Assembly: GCF_963921235.1 (NCBI RefSeq)
Contig: NC_086108.1
Span: 58,778,001 to 58,842,000 of the forward strand
From: Mobula hypostoma
Lineage: Eukaryota
DNA: 64,000 nucleotides
Direction: 5' to 3'
Shown here: positions 39,130 to 52,184 of the stretch, in pieces
Layout of the letters: every line of letters starts with the position of its first letter
Numbering within the stretch: position 1 is the stretch's first letter
Position numbers and translations under genes: made by a program
Notes under the pieces: model-generated
What the model saw: only the letters and a program-made list of their open reading frames with translations
Told to the model about the DNA's origin: nothing
Database searches by the model: none

Positions 39130-40870
39130 AGTATGCACATCATGAACAGCCCCTTTGGTCCATGATGCTCATGATTAGAGAATGAATGTCTACCCTACCT
39201 ATGTCTCTCATAATTTTATAATCTATTATCAGGTTTCTCCTCTGTCTCTGATGCTACAGAGAGAAAACAATCTAAGTCTGTCCAACCTCCTGTTATAGGT
39301 CATACTCTCTGATCTAGGTAGTGTCCACTCTCCTCTGCACCCTCTCCAAAGCATCCCCATTTCTTCCTGTAATGGAGCGTCCAAAACTGAACACGATACT
39401 CCAAATACAGCTGAGCCAAAGTTTTATAAAGATGCAACATGACTTCCTGATTCATATATTCAATACTACTATCCTCTGTCTTTAATGGCCAAGCTAATTG
39501 TGAATGTAAACTACTGAAGTCACTGGATTCCTTGCATCTTAACCTTCTTAATTACCATAAGGGACCATGTCAAATTCCTCATTCAAATCCTTGTAGACAA
39601 CATCCTACTCTTGTTGACTATCCCTACTAAAATTATAGTTTTCGAAATGTGACTAAATCCTATCCCTAAGAATCCTTTCCAATGGTCCACTACCACAGAT
39701 GTGAGGCTCACTATCCTATAATTTACTGGCTTTCCAGGTTTATTTCTATTATTGTTCTTAAATAAAGGAACATTACAACTCTCCGTTCCTCTGGGAACTT
39801 GCCTGTGGTGAGAAAAAGGTACAAAGCTCTTTGTCAAGGCCCCAACATTTTCTTCACAAGAACAAGCATATAATTAGCTTCTAGCAGGCAGTTCAATTAC
39901 AAGGGGCCTGGTCGTAGCATCATAAAACTTCCCAGGGTGTAGGAGGACATCCAGTCCCGGGATTTGATTGGCTGAATCGCCCACAGCTGACAGCAGTTTT
40001 AACTCCAGCATACTGCAATCCTTAAAGGTACAAAGGTTGCCTCTGTCAACAACCTGGGGACTTATCCACTTTAATGCTCTTCAATAGACCCAACACCTCT
40101 TCCTCCTCCTTGGTCTCAACATGCCCTAGAAATCAGCATACCCTTCCTGATTTCACGATCTTCCGTCCTTCTTGGTGAATATCATTGTGAAATTCTAATT
40201 TAGTACCTCACCCATATCCTCTGGCTCCAGGTATAAATTCAGTCTTTTATCCTTGAGCGGTTCGAGCTCTTTCCCAAGCTATCCTCTTGTTTTTTATATA
40301 TATAATGGCTTTGGATTTTCTTAATCCTACTTGCCAAGATAATTTCATGGCTTCCTTTTTGCCCTCCAATACTCCGCTTGAGTTCTTTCCTATTTTCTTT
40401 ACATTCCCTTAGGATCCTGGTCCGATTTTCAGTTTCCTAAACCTTGTATATGCTTCCTTTTCCTTTTTTGACTAAATTAACAACATCCTTCACTATCCAT
40501 GGTCCCTGAAACTTGCCATCCTCATCTTTCCTCCTGACTGGAACATGACAGTCCTGAATTCTGCTCAGCCAGTTCTTAAACGACTCCTGCACAGCAGATA
40601 TGAACATGTCCAAACACAGCTGTTCCCAATCTACTCTCCCTAGTTTCTGCCAAATAATGCTGTGATTTTCCTTTTCTCGGCTGAGCATTTTCCCTGAGGT
40701 TCATTCTTATCCTTATTCATAACTATCTTAAACCTGTTTCCGAAATGCTTCCCCACTGAAACTCTGATCACCTGGCTCCTCCTCCAGTTGAATTGCCTGC
40801 ATACTTTCACAAGAAACTTACTTGGATGCAAAAAAGTCTGCCCTGTCTAAGCCTCCCTCTAAAGAAGTCC
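39130..40870 (-). mobile_element. Old CR1 LINE fragments
   Basis: NVPLFK..KPG..NYRIVSLTSVV and VDWEQL..VPVRRK motifs; heavily deleted; contains a promoter-derived insert at 39855-40033. Confidence 0.75.
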
Positions 40871-41344
40871 CAGTCATATGATCATGGTCCAGACCAGGAA
40901 TGAAGCAATGGACATAAGTATGGCCGTTACTGGGCGAAGGGAAGGTAGAGAGAGAATGAGAGGGGGTGATGTGGGAAAGGGAACACCTTTTCTAAAAAAT
41001 AACCTGAAATGTCAACTAAGTTAAATTTAATTGAATATAGGAAATGCTGGAAATACTCAACAGGTCTGTTTACATCTATGGAGAGGGATGCAGAGTTAAC
41101 CTTTTTAAGTTGACAGCCCTTCATCAGAACCAGGAAAAGGTAGAAAACAAGCATGTTCTAAATTGCTGAGAAAGTGAGTGATGGAGAGAATAAAGAGAAC
41201 ACCTGTGTTGTTATCACTGAGGGATTCTACCACCGTGAACTCACAGAGTTAAACTATCAAGGCACAGCAAACACTGCCCATAATCAAACTTTATCTCCAT
41301 TTAAAATACAATGCTTGCAATTTTAAATGGGATATTAGGTATAA

Positions 41345-41581
41345 GGGGCCGGCTGGTGGCGCAGTGACATCAGCGCTGGACTCCGGAGCGAAGGTTCCTG
41401 AGTTCGAATCCAGTCGAGCCGGGTTGAGTGTCGAGCTTGCAACTCGGACTCGTAAAAAAAAACTGCGCTGTGAGAAGGACTTAGGGGACCACTCACAGAA
41501 TCTTTCCTCCAAGATAACCACTTGAAAAAAAAGGGGTTGCCGAGGCTCTGGCAGAGTATGGCACAGACAAAAATAAAAATC
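41345..41581 (+). mobile_element. tRNA-derived SINE with 8-bp TSD
   Basis: GGGGCCGGCTGGTGGCGCAGTG A-box, GAGTTCGAATCC B-box, A-rich end; TSD AGGTATAA at 41337-41344 and 41582-41589. Confidence 0.85.
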
Positions 41582-42154
41582 AGGTATAAAGGACATATAC
41601 TAGAAGGACAGGTGATCGTAAAGTAGTAAGTTACTATGTCCAGCATTCTAGCTTGTTAAGTACAAATGGAACATATAAAACTACCCGTTATAATCTTCCA
41701 GTCCTCCATGGGGATGATGTCAGAGGACTGCTGAAAGGCATGTAAGGATACACTCAGGAACAAGATGCTGCCTACTTTAAACTCCTTGAATTAGAAGCAC
41801 ATTGACAACAGAACCAGTGGAGACTAACAAAAAGACTACAAATGCTGAAGAACTGAAATAAAAACAGTAAATGCTGGTAGTGCAGGAGGTCAGGCAGTCT
41901 CCAAGTAAATGGAAACCATGCTTTTCATATGGCTTTGTAGATGTTCCTCCTCATAAAACTATCCAATTCTATTTTAAAGGTTTTAAAGATATATAAGCGG
42001 CACAAGAATGAAGTTATTCATCCAGTGAGTAATCAACCATCTTTCATTGGAAATGGTGTGTTCATAGAGAATATGAGAGATTTTTTTCAAGTGTTCAAAA
42101 TGATGAATGATCTAGACAAATAGAGATTTCCTTTTAAATTGACAGAAACATTGT

Positions 42155-45100
42155 CAGTGTGATTGCGGGACCATCGCAGGAGGAGGAGGAACGAGGGGCT
42201 CGGGAGAGCGCTGAGTGCCGGGAAGCAGCTGAGGAGCTGAGGTGAGTGTGCTTTAAAAGGAGCATGGAGAGCAACTGAAGGGCTAAACAGAGCGTTGACT
42301 AGAGGGAGTGAGTACTTGAGATAATTGGCAGGGACAAATAAACGGAGGGGTAACTGAAGAGGAGTGGCCAGTGAGTGAGTTACTCAGGGTAGGAGTAGAG
42401 CTTTGAGGCTTTGGCTTGAGAGGCTTCGGCGAGCAGAGGCTGAGGATGAGCCTGCTCCCAGTGAGGTAAGGCCAGGTAAGTTCCTTTAATAACTCTAATT
42501 AACTTGGGAGTAGGTAATGGTGGCAGCAGTTAGGGCAGTCAAGTGCTCAGTTTGCAGTATATTGCAAATCAGGGACAGCACAATTGTCCCTGATGACTAC
42601 ACCTGTAAAGGGTGCATCCAGCTGCAGCTCCTGACAAACCGAGTTAGGGAACTGGAGCTGGAGTTGGTTGAACTTCAGATCATTTGTGAGGCAGAGGCAG
42701 AAATAGACAGGAGTTTCAGGGAGATAGTCACCCCTAAAAGTTAGGAGGCAGGTAGCTGGGTGACTGTCAGGAGAGGGAAGGGGAATAGACAGAAAGAGCA
42801 GAGCACCCCTGTGGCTGTTTCCACCAATAATAGGTACATCATTTTGGATACTGCTGGTGGGGATGACCTACCAGGGACAAGTTGCAGTGGTCGCATCTCT
42901 GGCATCGAGATTGGACCCTCGGCTCAGGAAGGAAGGAGGGAAAAGAGGAGAGCAGTAGTGATAGGGGATTTGATAGTTAAGGGGACGGGGAAGAGGTTCT
43001 GTGGGAGAGATCGAGTATCCCAGATGGTCTGTTGCCTCCCTGGTGCCAGGGTCTGTGATATCTCGGATCGAGTTCTCGGTATTCTCAAGAGTGAGGGTGA
43101 GCAGCCAGATGTCGTGGTCCATGTAGGGACCAATGATGTGTATAGGAAGGAGGAGGAGGTCCTGCCAAAGAGAGCTTAGGGAGTTAGGTGCAAAGTTGAA
43201 GGACAGGACCTCCAGCGTTGCAATCTCAGGATTGCTACCTGTGCCAAGTGCTAGTGAGGCTACAAATAGGAAGATAATGCAGCTAAGTACGTGGCTAAGG
43301 AGATGGTACAGGAGGGAGGGCTTCTTGTTTCTAGACAATTGGGCTTTGTTCCAGGGGAGGTGGGATCTGTTCCGACAGGACGGTTTGCACCTGAACTGAA
43401 GGAGAACTAACATCCTTGTGGGTAGATTTGCTAGTGCTGCTCCGGGGGGTTTAAACCAGATTTGCAGGGGGAGGGGAACCAGAGTGTTAGAGCAGATAGT
43501 GAGGTGGAGGAGGATAAAGGTCATGCGAGGACTGCATGTATAGACAGTAATCAAAGGTTTGTACGTGATAAAAATGTTCTCAGGTGCATGTATTTCAATG
43601 TAAGGAATGTTTTAGATAAGGCAGATGAGTTTAGGGTGTGGAGTGGCACGTGGGATTATGACATTATTGCTATTAGTGAGACTTGGTTGCAGAAGGGGCA
43701 GGACTGGCAGCTTAATGTTCCGGGGTTCCGTTGTTTCAGATGTGATAGAGGGGGAGGGATGAAAGGGAGAGGAGTGGCATTGCTAGTCAGGGAGAATATC
43801 ACAGCTGTGCGTAGACAGGACAGCCCAGAGGGCTTGTCTACAGAGGCCATATGGGTGGAGCTGAGGAACAGGAAAGGTGTGACCACACTAATGGGGTTGT
43901 ATTATAGACTGCCCAATAGTCAGAGAGAATTGGGGGAGCAAATCTGTAGAGAGATAGCAGACCAATGTAAGAAACAGAAAGTTGTAATAGTAGGGGATTT
44001 TAACTTTCCACATATTGACTGGGGCTCCCACACTGTGAAAGGGCTAGATGGCTTGGAGTTTGTCAAAGGTGTTCAGGAAAGTTTTCTAAATCAATACATA
44101 GAGGTATCTATGAGAGAGGATGCAATACTTGATCTCCTATTTGGGAACCAGACAGGTCATGTGACAGAAGTATGTGTAGGCGAACATTTTGGGTCCAGTG
44201 ACCATAATGTCATTAGTTTCAAGGTAATTATGGATAAGGATAGGTCTGGTCCTCGAGTTGAGGTTCTAAATTGGAGAAGGGCCAATTTTGTGGAAATGAG
44301 AAAGGATCTAGGAAAAGTGGATTGGGATAAACTGTTTTCTGGCAAGGATGTGTTCAGTAAGTGGAAGGCCTTCAAAGGTGAGATTTTGAGAGTGCAGAGT
44401 TTGTATGTTCCTGCCAGGGTTAAAGGCAAAGTTGGCAGGCATAGGAAACCTTGGTTTTCAAGGGATATTGGCGATCTGGTTAAGAAAAAGAGAGCAGGTA
44501 TAGGCAACAAGGAATAAATGATGTACTTGAAGAGTATAGAAAATGTAAGAAAATACTAAAGAAGGAAATCAGGAAGCAAAAATAAAACATGAGGTTGCTT
44601 TGGCAGATAATGTGAAGGTAAACCCAAGGGTTTCTACAAGTATGTTAAGACTAAAAGGATAGGAAGGGACAAAATTGGTCCCCTAGAGGATCAGAGTGGT
44701 CGTCAATGTGTGGAGCCTCACGAGATGGGGGAGATCTTAAACAGTTTTTTTGCATCAGTATTTACTCAGGAAACTGGCATAGCGTATATGGAAGGAAGGG
44801 AAACAAGCAGCAGTGTCATGGAACATACAGAGATTAAAGAGAAGGAGGTGCTTGCTGCCTCACAGCGAATGAAGGTAGATAAATCCCCCGGGCCTGATAT
44901 GATATTTCCTCGGACCTTGAGAGAGACTAATGTAGAAATTGCAGGGGCTCTGGCAGAAATATTTAAAATGTCCTTAGCCACGGGTGCAGTGCCGGAGGAT
45001 TGGAGGGTAGCTCATGTTGTTCGGTTGTTTAAAAAAGGCTCCAAAGGTAAACCAGGTAATTACAGGCCGTTGAGCCTGACATCAGTAGTAGGTGAATTAT

Positions 45101-46447
45101 TGGAAGGTGTTCTGAGAGATCGGATATACAAGTATTTGGACAGCCAAGGGCTGATTAAGGATAGTCAGCGTGGCTTTGTGCATGGTAGGTCATGTTTAAC
45201 AAATCTTGTAGAGTTTTTCGAGGAGGTTACCAAGAAAGTAGATGAAGGAAAGGCTGTGGATGTTGTCTACATGGACTTTAGTAAGGCCTTGACAAGGTCT
45301 CACATGGGAGTTTAGTTCAGAAGGTTCAGACACTAGATATCCATGGAGAGGTTGTAAACTGGATTCGAAATTGGCTGTGTGGGAGAAGACGGAGTGGTAG
45401 TGGATGATTGCTTCTCAGACTGGAGGCCTGTGACAAGTGGTGTGCCTCAGGGATCTGTGCTGGGACCATTGTTGTTTGTTGAATATGATCAATGATCTAG
45501 ATAATAATGTGGTAAATTGGATCAGCAAGTTTGCTGATGACACTAAGATTGGAGGCGTTGTAGACAGCGAGGAAGGCTTTCAGAGCTTGCAGAGTGATCT
45601 GGACCAACTGGAAAAATGGGCCAGAAAATGGCAGATGGAATTTAATGCAGATAAGTGTGAGGTGTTGCATTTTGGAAGGACAAATCAAGGTAGGACATAT
45701 ACAGTAAATGGCAGGGCACTGAGGAGTACGGAGGAACAAAGAGATCTGGGAGTTCAGATGCATAATTCCTTGAAAGTGGCATCACAGGTAGTCAGGGTTG
45801 TAAAGGAGGCTTTTGGCATCCTGGCATTCATAAATCAAAGTGTTAAGTATAGGAGTTGGGATGTTATGGGGTGGTTGTATAAGACATTGGTGAGGCCAAA
45901 TTTGGAGTATTGTGTACAGTTCTGGTCACCTAACTACAGGAAGGATATCAGTAAGATTGAAAGAGAGTGCAGAGAAGATTTGCTAGGATGTTGCCGGGTC
46001 TTCAGGAGTTGAGTTACAGGAAAAGATTGAACAGGTTAGGACTTTATTCCTTGGAGCGTAGAAGAATGAGGGGGGATTTGATAGAGGTTTACAAAATTAT
46101 GAGGGGTATAGACAGAGTAAATGTGAGTAGGCTCTTTCCACTTAGATTAGGAGAGATAAATACGAGAGGACATGGCTTTAGGGTGAAAGGGGAAAGGCTT
46201 AGGGGGAACATTAGGAGGAACTTCTTCACTCAGAGAGTGGTGGGAGTGTGGAACGAGCTGCCATCTGATGTGGTAAATGCGGACTCACTCTTAAGTTTTA
46301 AGATCAAATTGGATAGATACATGGATGGGAGAGGTCTGGAGGGTTATGGACTGGGTGCAAGTCAATGGGACTAGCGGAATAAAGTTTCGGCACAGACTAG
46401 AAGGGCTGAATGGCCTGTTTTTTTGTGCTGTAGTGTTCTATGGTTTT
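42155..46447 (+). mobile_element. Near full-length CR1 LINE (ORF1 zinc finger + SGNH esterase; ORF2 APE endonuclease + RT), disrupted
   Basis: ORF1: CSVC..CKGC, VIGD, VVHVGTND, DGLHLN; ORF2: ISETW, GDFNFP, SDHN, NYRPLSLTS, KFADDTK, LVRPNLEYCVQFWSP; several stops and frameshifts; TTCTATG tail. Confidence 0.95.
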
Positions 46448-46854
46448 ATTGAGAACAAGAAAGCTTGGGGAGACTGTCAAAACTATCACCTTACCATATT
46501 TTTCACATAGCTCCATAGATGTTCCTCCTTCAAATAGTTATCCAATTCTGTTTTGAAGGTTTTTAAAGAACTGAAGGTGACATGAGGATGAACTTGCTCA
46601 CCCAGCGAGTGGTCATGATTTGGAATTTATTGTCTCCAAAATAGCTGAAAGCAGATTTAGTTGGGTGCTTCGAAAAGGATTCAGATCATTAGTAATGAAA
46701 CCAGGCCAAGGACCATAAATTGTCTAGGTACTGAGGAGAATTCTCCCTTTCATCACACACTTTCACAGTCATACTGTTTATATCCACCCCAAGGGCAACT
46801 AGAACCTTCAATCAACAACTTCTGCCAAAAGGTTCTCCGTCCGTACTGTTCCTC

Positions 46855-47000
46855 ACGTAGTGTTACAGTTCTGCAATACTTCTCCCATAATGCGTAACTC
46901 CCTCAATACTGCCCCTCCCGTGGTGTTGCATTCCCAGGGTACTGCCCCTCTCTCGGTGTGATACTCCCTTTGTACTGCTCCTCTCTCAGTGTTGTGCATC
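46855..47000. repeat. Degenerate tandem repeat (unit ~30-35 bp, ..CTCCCT..TACTGCCCCTC..)
   Basis: About four imperfect copies of TACTGC(C/T)CCTC. Confidence 0.5.
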
Positions 47001-48511
47001 TTCAGCATCACTTGGGGCCAGTAGATTAGAAGGATCTGAGGGTGAATATCTTCCCTAAAGGACGGTTGGGACCTAAAATTCACTGCTGAAAGGGCTGGTA
47101 TAGGCAGAAACTGTCACAATATTTCACAAGTATCTGGGCAAACACGTGATTTGCCAAGTAAATGGATCAAGTGTTGGTCAGTGGAATTGGTTTAGGTAAG
47201 TACTGGATGGTCAGCAAGGCTGTGGTGGGTGAAGAGCCTGTATGACTCTGTGACATCGTTATGGAAGGGGGAAAGTCTAGGGTATGGTGAAAGAGTGATA
47301 AACAGGCCTGACATGATTGTGGCGACTTAAAAGAGTATCAATTATGTCGGAAGAGTATCAAAACCTTGTTAGGGTTTAACAAGTGTATAACAGGTAATGT
47401 TGTGGCCATGACCGAGACTTGGTTGAGAGAGGGACTGGAATAGGTGCTTAATATCCTGGGGTTTCAATGTTTTAGAAAAGATAGGGGGTGAAAGAGCTGG
47501 GAGGGGGTGGAATTGCACCACAAACCAGGGACAATATCAAAACTGCACTCAGATGGACCATAATGGAAGGCTCATCCACAGAGTCTATATGGGTAGAACT
47601 TAAAAATAGGAAGGGTGCAATCACACTGTTCGGATTGTACTACAGACTATCAGGGGGAATAGCTACCAGGATATTGAGGAACAGACATACAGTCAGATTA
47701 AAGCAAGGTGTAAAAGAAATAGGGTTGTTGTCATGCCGACTTCAACTTCCCTAATATAAACTGGGACCTTATTAGTACAAGTTGTTTAGATGGGACAGAA
47801 TTTATTAGGTGCATGCAGGAGCGTTTCTTAAATCAATATGTAGATAGTGCAACAAGAGGAGGGGCTGAACTGGATCTGGTGTTGGGTAATGAGCCTGGCC
47901 AGGTGACTGACCTTTCAGTTGGTGAGCAGTTAGGGAGTCAGAAGGAAGGACAAGGATGGCAAGGTAAGCAAACCTTGGATATCAAGGGAGGTGATGAATT
48001 TAGTCAAGGAAAATAGGGACTAAAGCTTAGGAAGCTGGAATCAAATAGAGCCCTTGAGGATTATAAGAAGCCAGAAAAGAACTCAAGAAGGGATTTTGGA
48101 AAGCCAAGAGGGGCTACAAAAAGTCCTTGGCAAGTAGGATTAAAGAGAATTCCTAGGCATTCTGTACATGTATAAGGAGCAAGAGGATAACTAGGGAGAA
48201 AGTTTGAGCACTCAAAAATAAAGAGGGAACATTTGTTTGGATGCAAAGGAGGTCCATAATAAGTACTTTATATCAGTGTTTACTGAGGAGAAGGACATGG
48301 AGGATATGGAGACCAGTGCTGAGATTATTAATATGCTTGGGTATTTTGAAGTAAAAGAGGAGAGTGTGTTGGGTTTCCTAAAGAACATTAAGGTGGATAA
48401 GCCCCCATACAGACTCCCTGTGCATGACGTCAGAACTGAACTCTGAAGCTCCGAGCTGTAGCAGTGTCACATTAACCATGAGCATTTGGAAAATGATGGG
48501 AAAACATTATC

Positions 48512-49197
48512 CCGTGGCGGGAAGATGGCGGCGCGACGCAGCTCGCAGCGGCCACTCCAGTGGTGATGTCTGTTATTTGTCAAGTAGGGTACCGTGCACA
48601 ATCCTGATTTGATGGAGATGGACGTGAGAGCACGGAGGAACATCTGGTGAAACTTCTGAAATGCCTGCTTCGCTGCTGCTGCTACTGTGTGGTCCAGAAT
48701 CTCCGGAGGAGAAGGCCCCGAGTCCTCGACTTTGCCTGTTGCTTGGCGGCCGGGGCCGGGGTCGAAGCGCTCGGCAGAGGATGGTGCTCGGAGAGGCTGT
48801 GTCGGAGGGTCTGGTCAGAGGCTCGAAGTTTTCGGACGGACTCAGAGTCCGCTGCAGTCGGGTGCTTCTAATAGTGCTGCATCGGCGAGTTGGCAGCGCT
48901 TGGAGGTTCATGGCAGGGAGGGTTTCTTCCTTTTGCCGCCTGCATGGGATGATGAGTCGTTCGGGACTTTGAGACTTTTTTTTTACCGTGCCCACGGTCT
49001 GCTCTTTATCAAATTATGGTATTGCTTTGCACTGTTGTAACTGTATGTTATAATTATGTGGTTTTGTCAGTTTTAGTCTTGGTTTGTCCCGTGTTTTCTT
49101 GTGATATCATTCTGGAGGAAAGTTGTATCATTTTTTAATGCATGCATTTCTAAATGACAATAAACGAGGACTGAGTGTCCTCATAATCTAAATCTAA
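48512..49197 (+). mobile_element. Young CpG-rich non-autonomous retroposon with Rex-like 3' end
   Basis: Starts near AAGATGGCGG; 3' end TCTGGAGGA...ATGACAATAAAC shared with the Rex-Babar at 59870-62815; terminal stem-loop GAGGAC-TGAGT-GTCCTC and AATCT repeats; no credible ORF. Confidence 0.6.
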
Positions 49198-49721
49198 ACC
49201 ACTGTGGCTTTGCGTGGGTAAGTCTTACTAATTTCAGTAAGATGTTTGACAAGGTCCCTCATAGCAGGCTTATCCAGAAGATTAAAATGCATAGGATTAA
49301 CGGTAAATTGGCCATTTGGATTTAGAACTGGCTTGCCCATAGAAAACAGAGGGTGGTGGTCGAAGGGACATGTTTAAGCTGAAGGCCCGTGATTATTGGT
49401 GTTCTGCAGGGATCTGTACTGAGATCTCTGCTGTTTGTGATGTATATAAATGAGCTGGAGGAAAGCCTGGATAATTGGGTTAGTAAGTTTGCAGATGATA
49501 TGAGGAGTGGATAGTGTAGATGACTGGTAAAGAATACAGCAGGACATAGATATGGCAGAGAAATAGCAGAATGAATTTAACCCTAGCCAATGTGAAACAT
49601 TGCACTTTGGTAGATCAAAATTAAAGAAACAATACCCTGTTAAAGGCAAGACCGTGAACAGTGTTGATGTGCAAAATGATTTTACCTCCCGGAAAGTTGC
49701 TACGCAGGTAGATCAGGAAGT

Positions 49722-50518
49722 TATGTTACATACTTTATACTTTACACTTTATTGTCGCCAAACAATTGGTACTAGAACGTACAATCATCACAGCGATATT
49801 TGATTCTGTGCTTCCCACTCCCTGAATTACAAATATTAAATATTAAAAATAGTTAACATTAGTAAATATTAAAAATTAAACTATAAATCATAAATAGAAA
49901 AATGGGAAGTAAGGTAGTGCAAAAAAACCGAGAGGCAGATCCGGATATTTGGAGGGTACGGCCCAGATCCGGGTCAGAATCCGTTCAGCAGTCTTATCAC
50001 AGTTGGAAGGAAGCTGTTCCCAAATCTGGCTGTGCGAGTCTTCAAGCTCCTGAGCCTTCTCCCGGAGGGAAGAGAGATGAAATGTGTGTTAGCTAGGTGG
50101 ATTGTGTCCTTGATTATCCTGGCAGCACTGCTCCGACAGCGTGCGGTGTAAAGTGAGTCCACGGACGGAAGATTGGTTTGTGTGATGTGCTGCGCCGTGT
50201 TCACGATCTTCTGCAGCTTCCTTCGGTCTTGGACAGGACAACTTCCTTACTAGGTTGTGATGCACCCTAGAAGAATGCTTCTTACAGTGCATCTATAAAA
50301 ATTAGTGAGCGTTTTAGGGGACAGCCCAAATTTCTTTAGTTTTCTCAGGAAGTAAAGGCGCTGGTGGGCCTTCTTGGCAGTGAACTCTGCTTGGTTGGAC
50401 CAAGTCAGGTCATTTGTGATATTGATCCCGAGGAATTTAAAGCTGTTGACCTGTTCCACTTGCGCGCCACCGATGTAAATTGGGTCGTGCGGTCCGCTAC
50501 TCCTTCTGAAGTCAACAT
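49722..50518 (-). mobile_element. Rex-Babar LINE 3' fragment
   Basis: FKFLGINITNDLTWS, KKAHQRLYFLRKLKKF, FYRCTV.SIL.GCIT, LPSGRRLRS..R..NSF motifs. Confidence 0.85.
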
Positions 50519-52184
50519 CGTTATAAATCTCTAGTTAGGCCACATCTGGAGTATTGCATACAGTTCTGCTCATTCCATTATAGGAAGGATATTGTGACTT
50601 TGGAGGATCTGGATAAGAGAACATATGCTATAGCGAGAGGTTGGGCAAACTTGGGTTGTTTTCTCTGCCACAGCAGAGGCTGAGGGGAGATCTGATAGAA
50701 GTGCATAAAATTATGAAAGGCATAGATAGAGTAGATAGACAATATCTTTCCCTAAGGGTTAAAATATCTAATACTAAAGGGCATGTATTTAAGGTTAGAG
50801 GGGGCAATTTTAAAGGAGATGTGAGAGGCAAGTTTTTTACACAGTGTGGTGGGTGACTGGAATGGTGGTAGAGGCAGATACATTAAGGGTTTTTAAGAGC
50901 CATTTAGATAGGCACATGAATATGAGGAAAATGGAGGAAGATGTGCATTGTGTCGGCATGAGGGATTAGTTTAGTTGGCCATTTGATTACTAATCAATTA
51001 TTACTTGTTAATGGCCTGTTCCTGTGCTGTACTGTTCTATTTTCTATGTAATCTACAGGGTGCTATAATGCTTTATGAGAAACAGACTGATATTTCTCGG
51101 TTGTATGCTCCTTGTAAGTTAGTAATTACATGTTTTCATGTTTTTGCCTCTATTTGCATCTTGTAAAATACTTTTTAAAGAGTGAGTATAATCTTAAAAT
51201 GTTTTCAATGGAAGAGTTTATGACAGTGCTTTCGTCCATGGACAGCATGGTGCCACGGCAGGTGGTGCTGCTGCCTCATAGCTCCAATGATGTGGGTTTA
51301 ATGCTGTCTGCGTGTTGTTACCATACTCTTCATGACACTACTGGAGTGAAGGGCATGTGGGGGAGGGGGCAACAGGTTTAAACAAGGGAATTTAACTGGT
51401 TGGATTATTCTGAGAGTTAACGTTCTGTGTCGTGAGAAAATATAAGAAAATTTAACAGACCTTCAGATAACTCTACAGTATGCCTCAGCAGTGACTCACT
51501 TTCTCAAACAAAGCTTCACAATGCATAGTTAACTGTTTCAAAAAAAAATCTTGTGGTTGTAGAACCGGAATCAGAATTAAGTTTATTATCACTGATATAT
51601 GTTGTGAAATTCATGTGATTTTGTTTTACCTAGATATCAAATTAACCTTTTAGAGTTTAGGTTAACACTTTCTACAGAAATCTTAAATGATTCATTCCAA
51701 TGCTATAGACGCTAATCTATTTGAACACCATTGCTGAATAACCTAATTGTCACAAGACCAAATCAAACTTTTTACTACTATTCTATTTAGGATCACAAAC
51801 TGAAAAGGTAATGAAGTATACAGATTTATAAAGAAATAGGATATTTAAACAGAGAGGTATTGTTCAATATCTTTAGTCATGAGGTAATACTTGGTGCATG
51901 CATATAGTTTGAATGTATGCTGTGAAAATGAAAGTATTAGGTCACATTGATTTGTATGCTGAGGAGTGTGGCATTGATCATGATGATGATCTAGTTTTGC
52001 AGAAGATTCTCAGCAACAGCTGCAAAGGGGTAACTCATGTATGTTTAATTGCTGTCCTCTGCTAATGGTTGTAATTGCATTTCCTCCAGCTTCAGGCAGA
52101 TAGCAGCTGCTTCAGTCAAGTATGAGAAACAGGAGCAGTAGCCCACAAGCCCCTCAAGCTTACCCTACCACTCTATAAAATCAT

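Larger units (their letters stand above)
47380..51050 (+). mobile_element. Old CR1 LINE with nested insertions
   Basis: ETW, ESIWVEL, LDLVLGNEPGQV, KFADD, LFSL..RLRGDLIEV; interrupted at ~48405-49200 and ~49722-50518. Confidence 0.85.

Noticed and set aside
41040..41135. Another hammerhead-like motif (CTGATGA on minus strand)
   Set aside because: GAAA core is mutated and stems are broken; dead Penelope remnant.
41345..41420. tRNA genes at SINE heads (also 13049, 12180, 7965)
   Set aside because: A/B boxes are present but no clear cloverleaf; followed by SINE bodies, some with TSDs.
46855..47000. CRISPR-like repeat-spacer array
   Set aside because: Eukaryotic context, degenerate units without unique spacers, no cas genes.
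48573..49040. Overlapping ORFs of 74-140 aa (also 62232-62795)
   Set aside because: Expected by chance in GC-rich repeat sequence; no recognisable domains.
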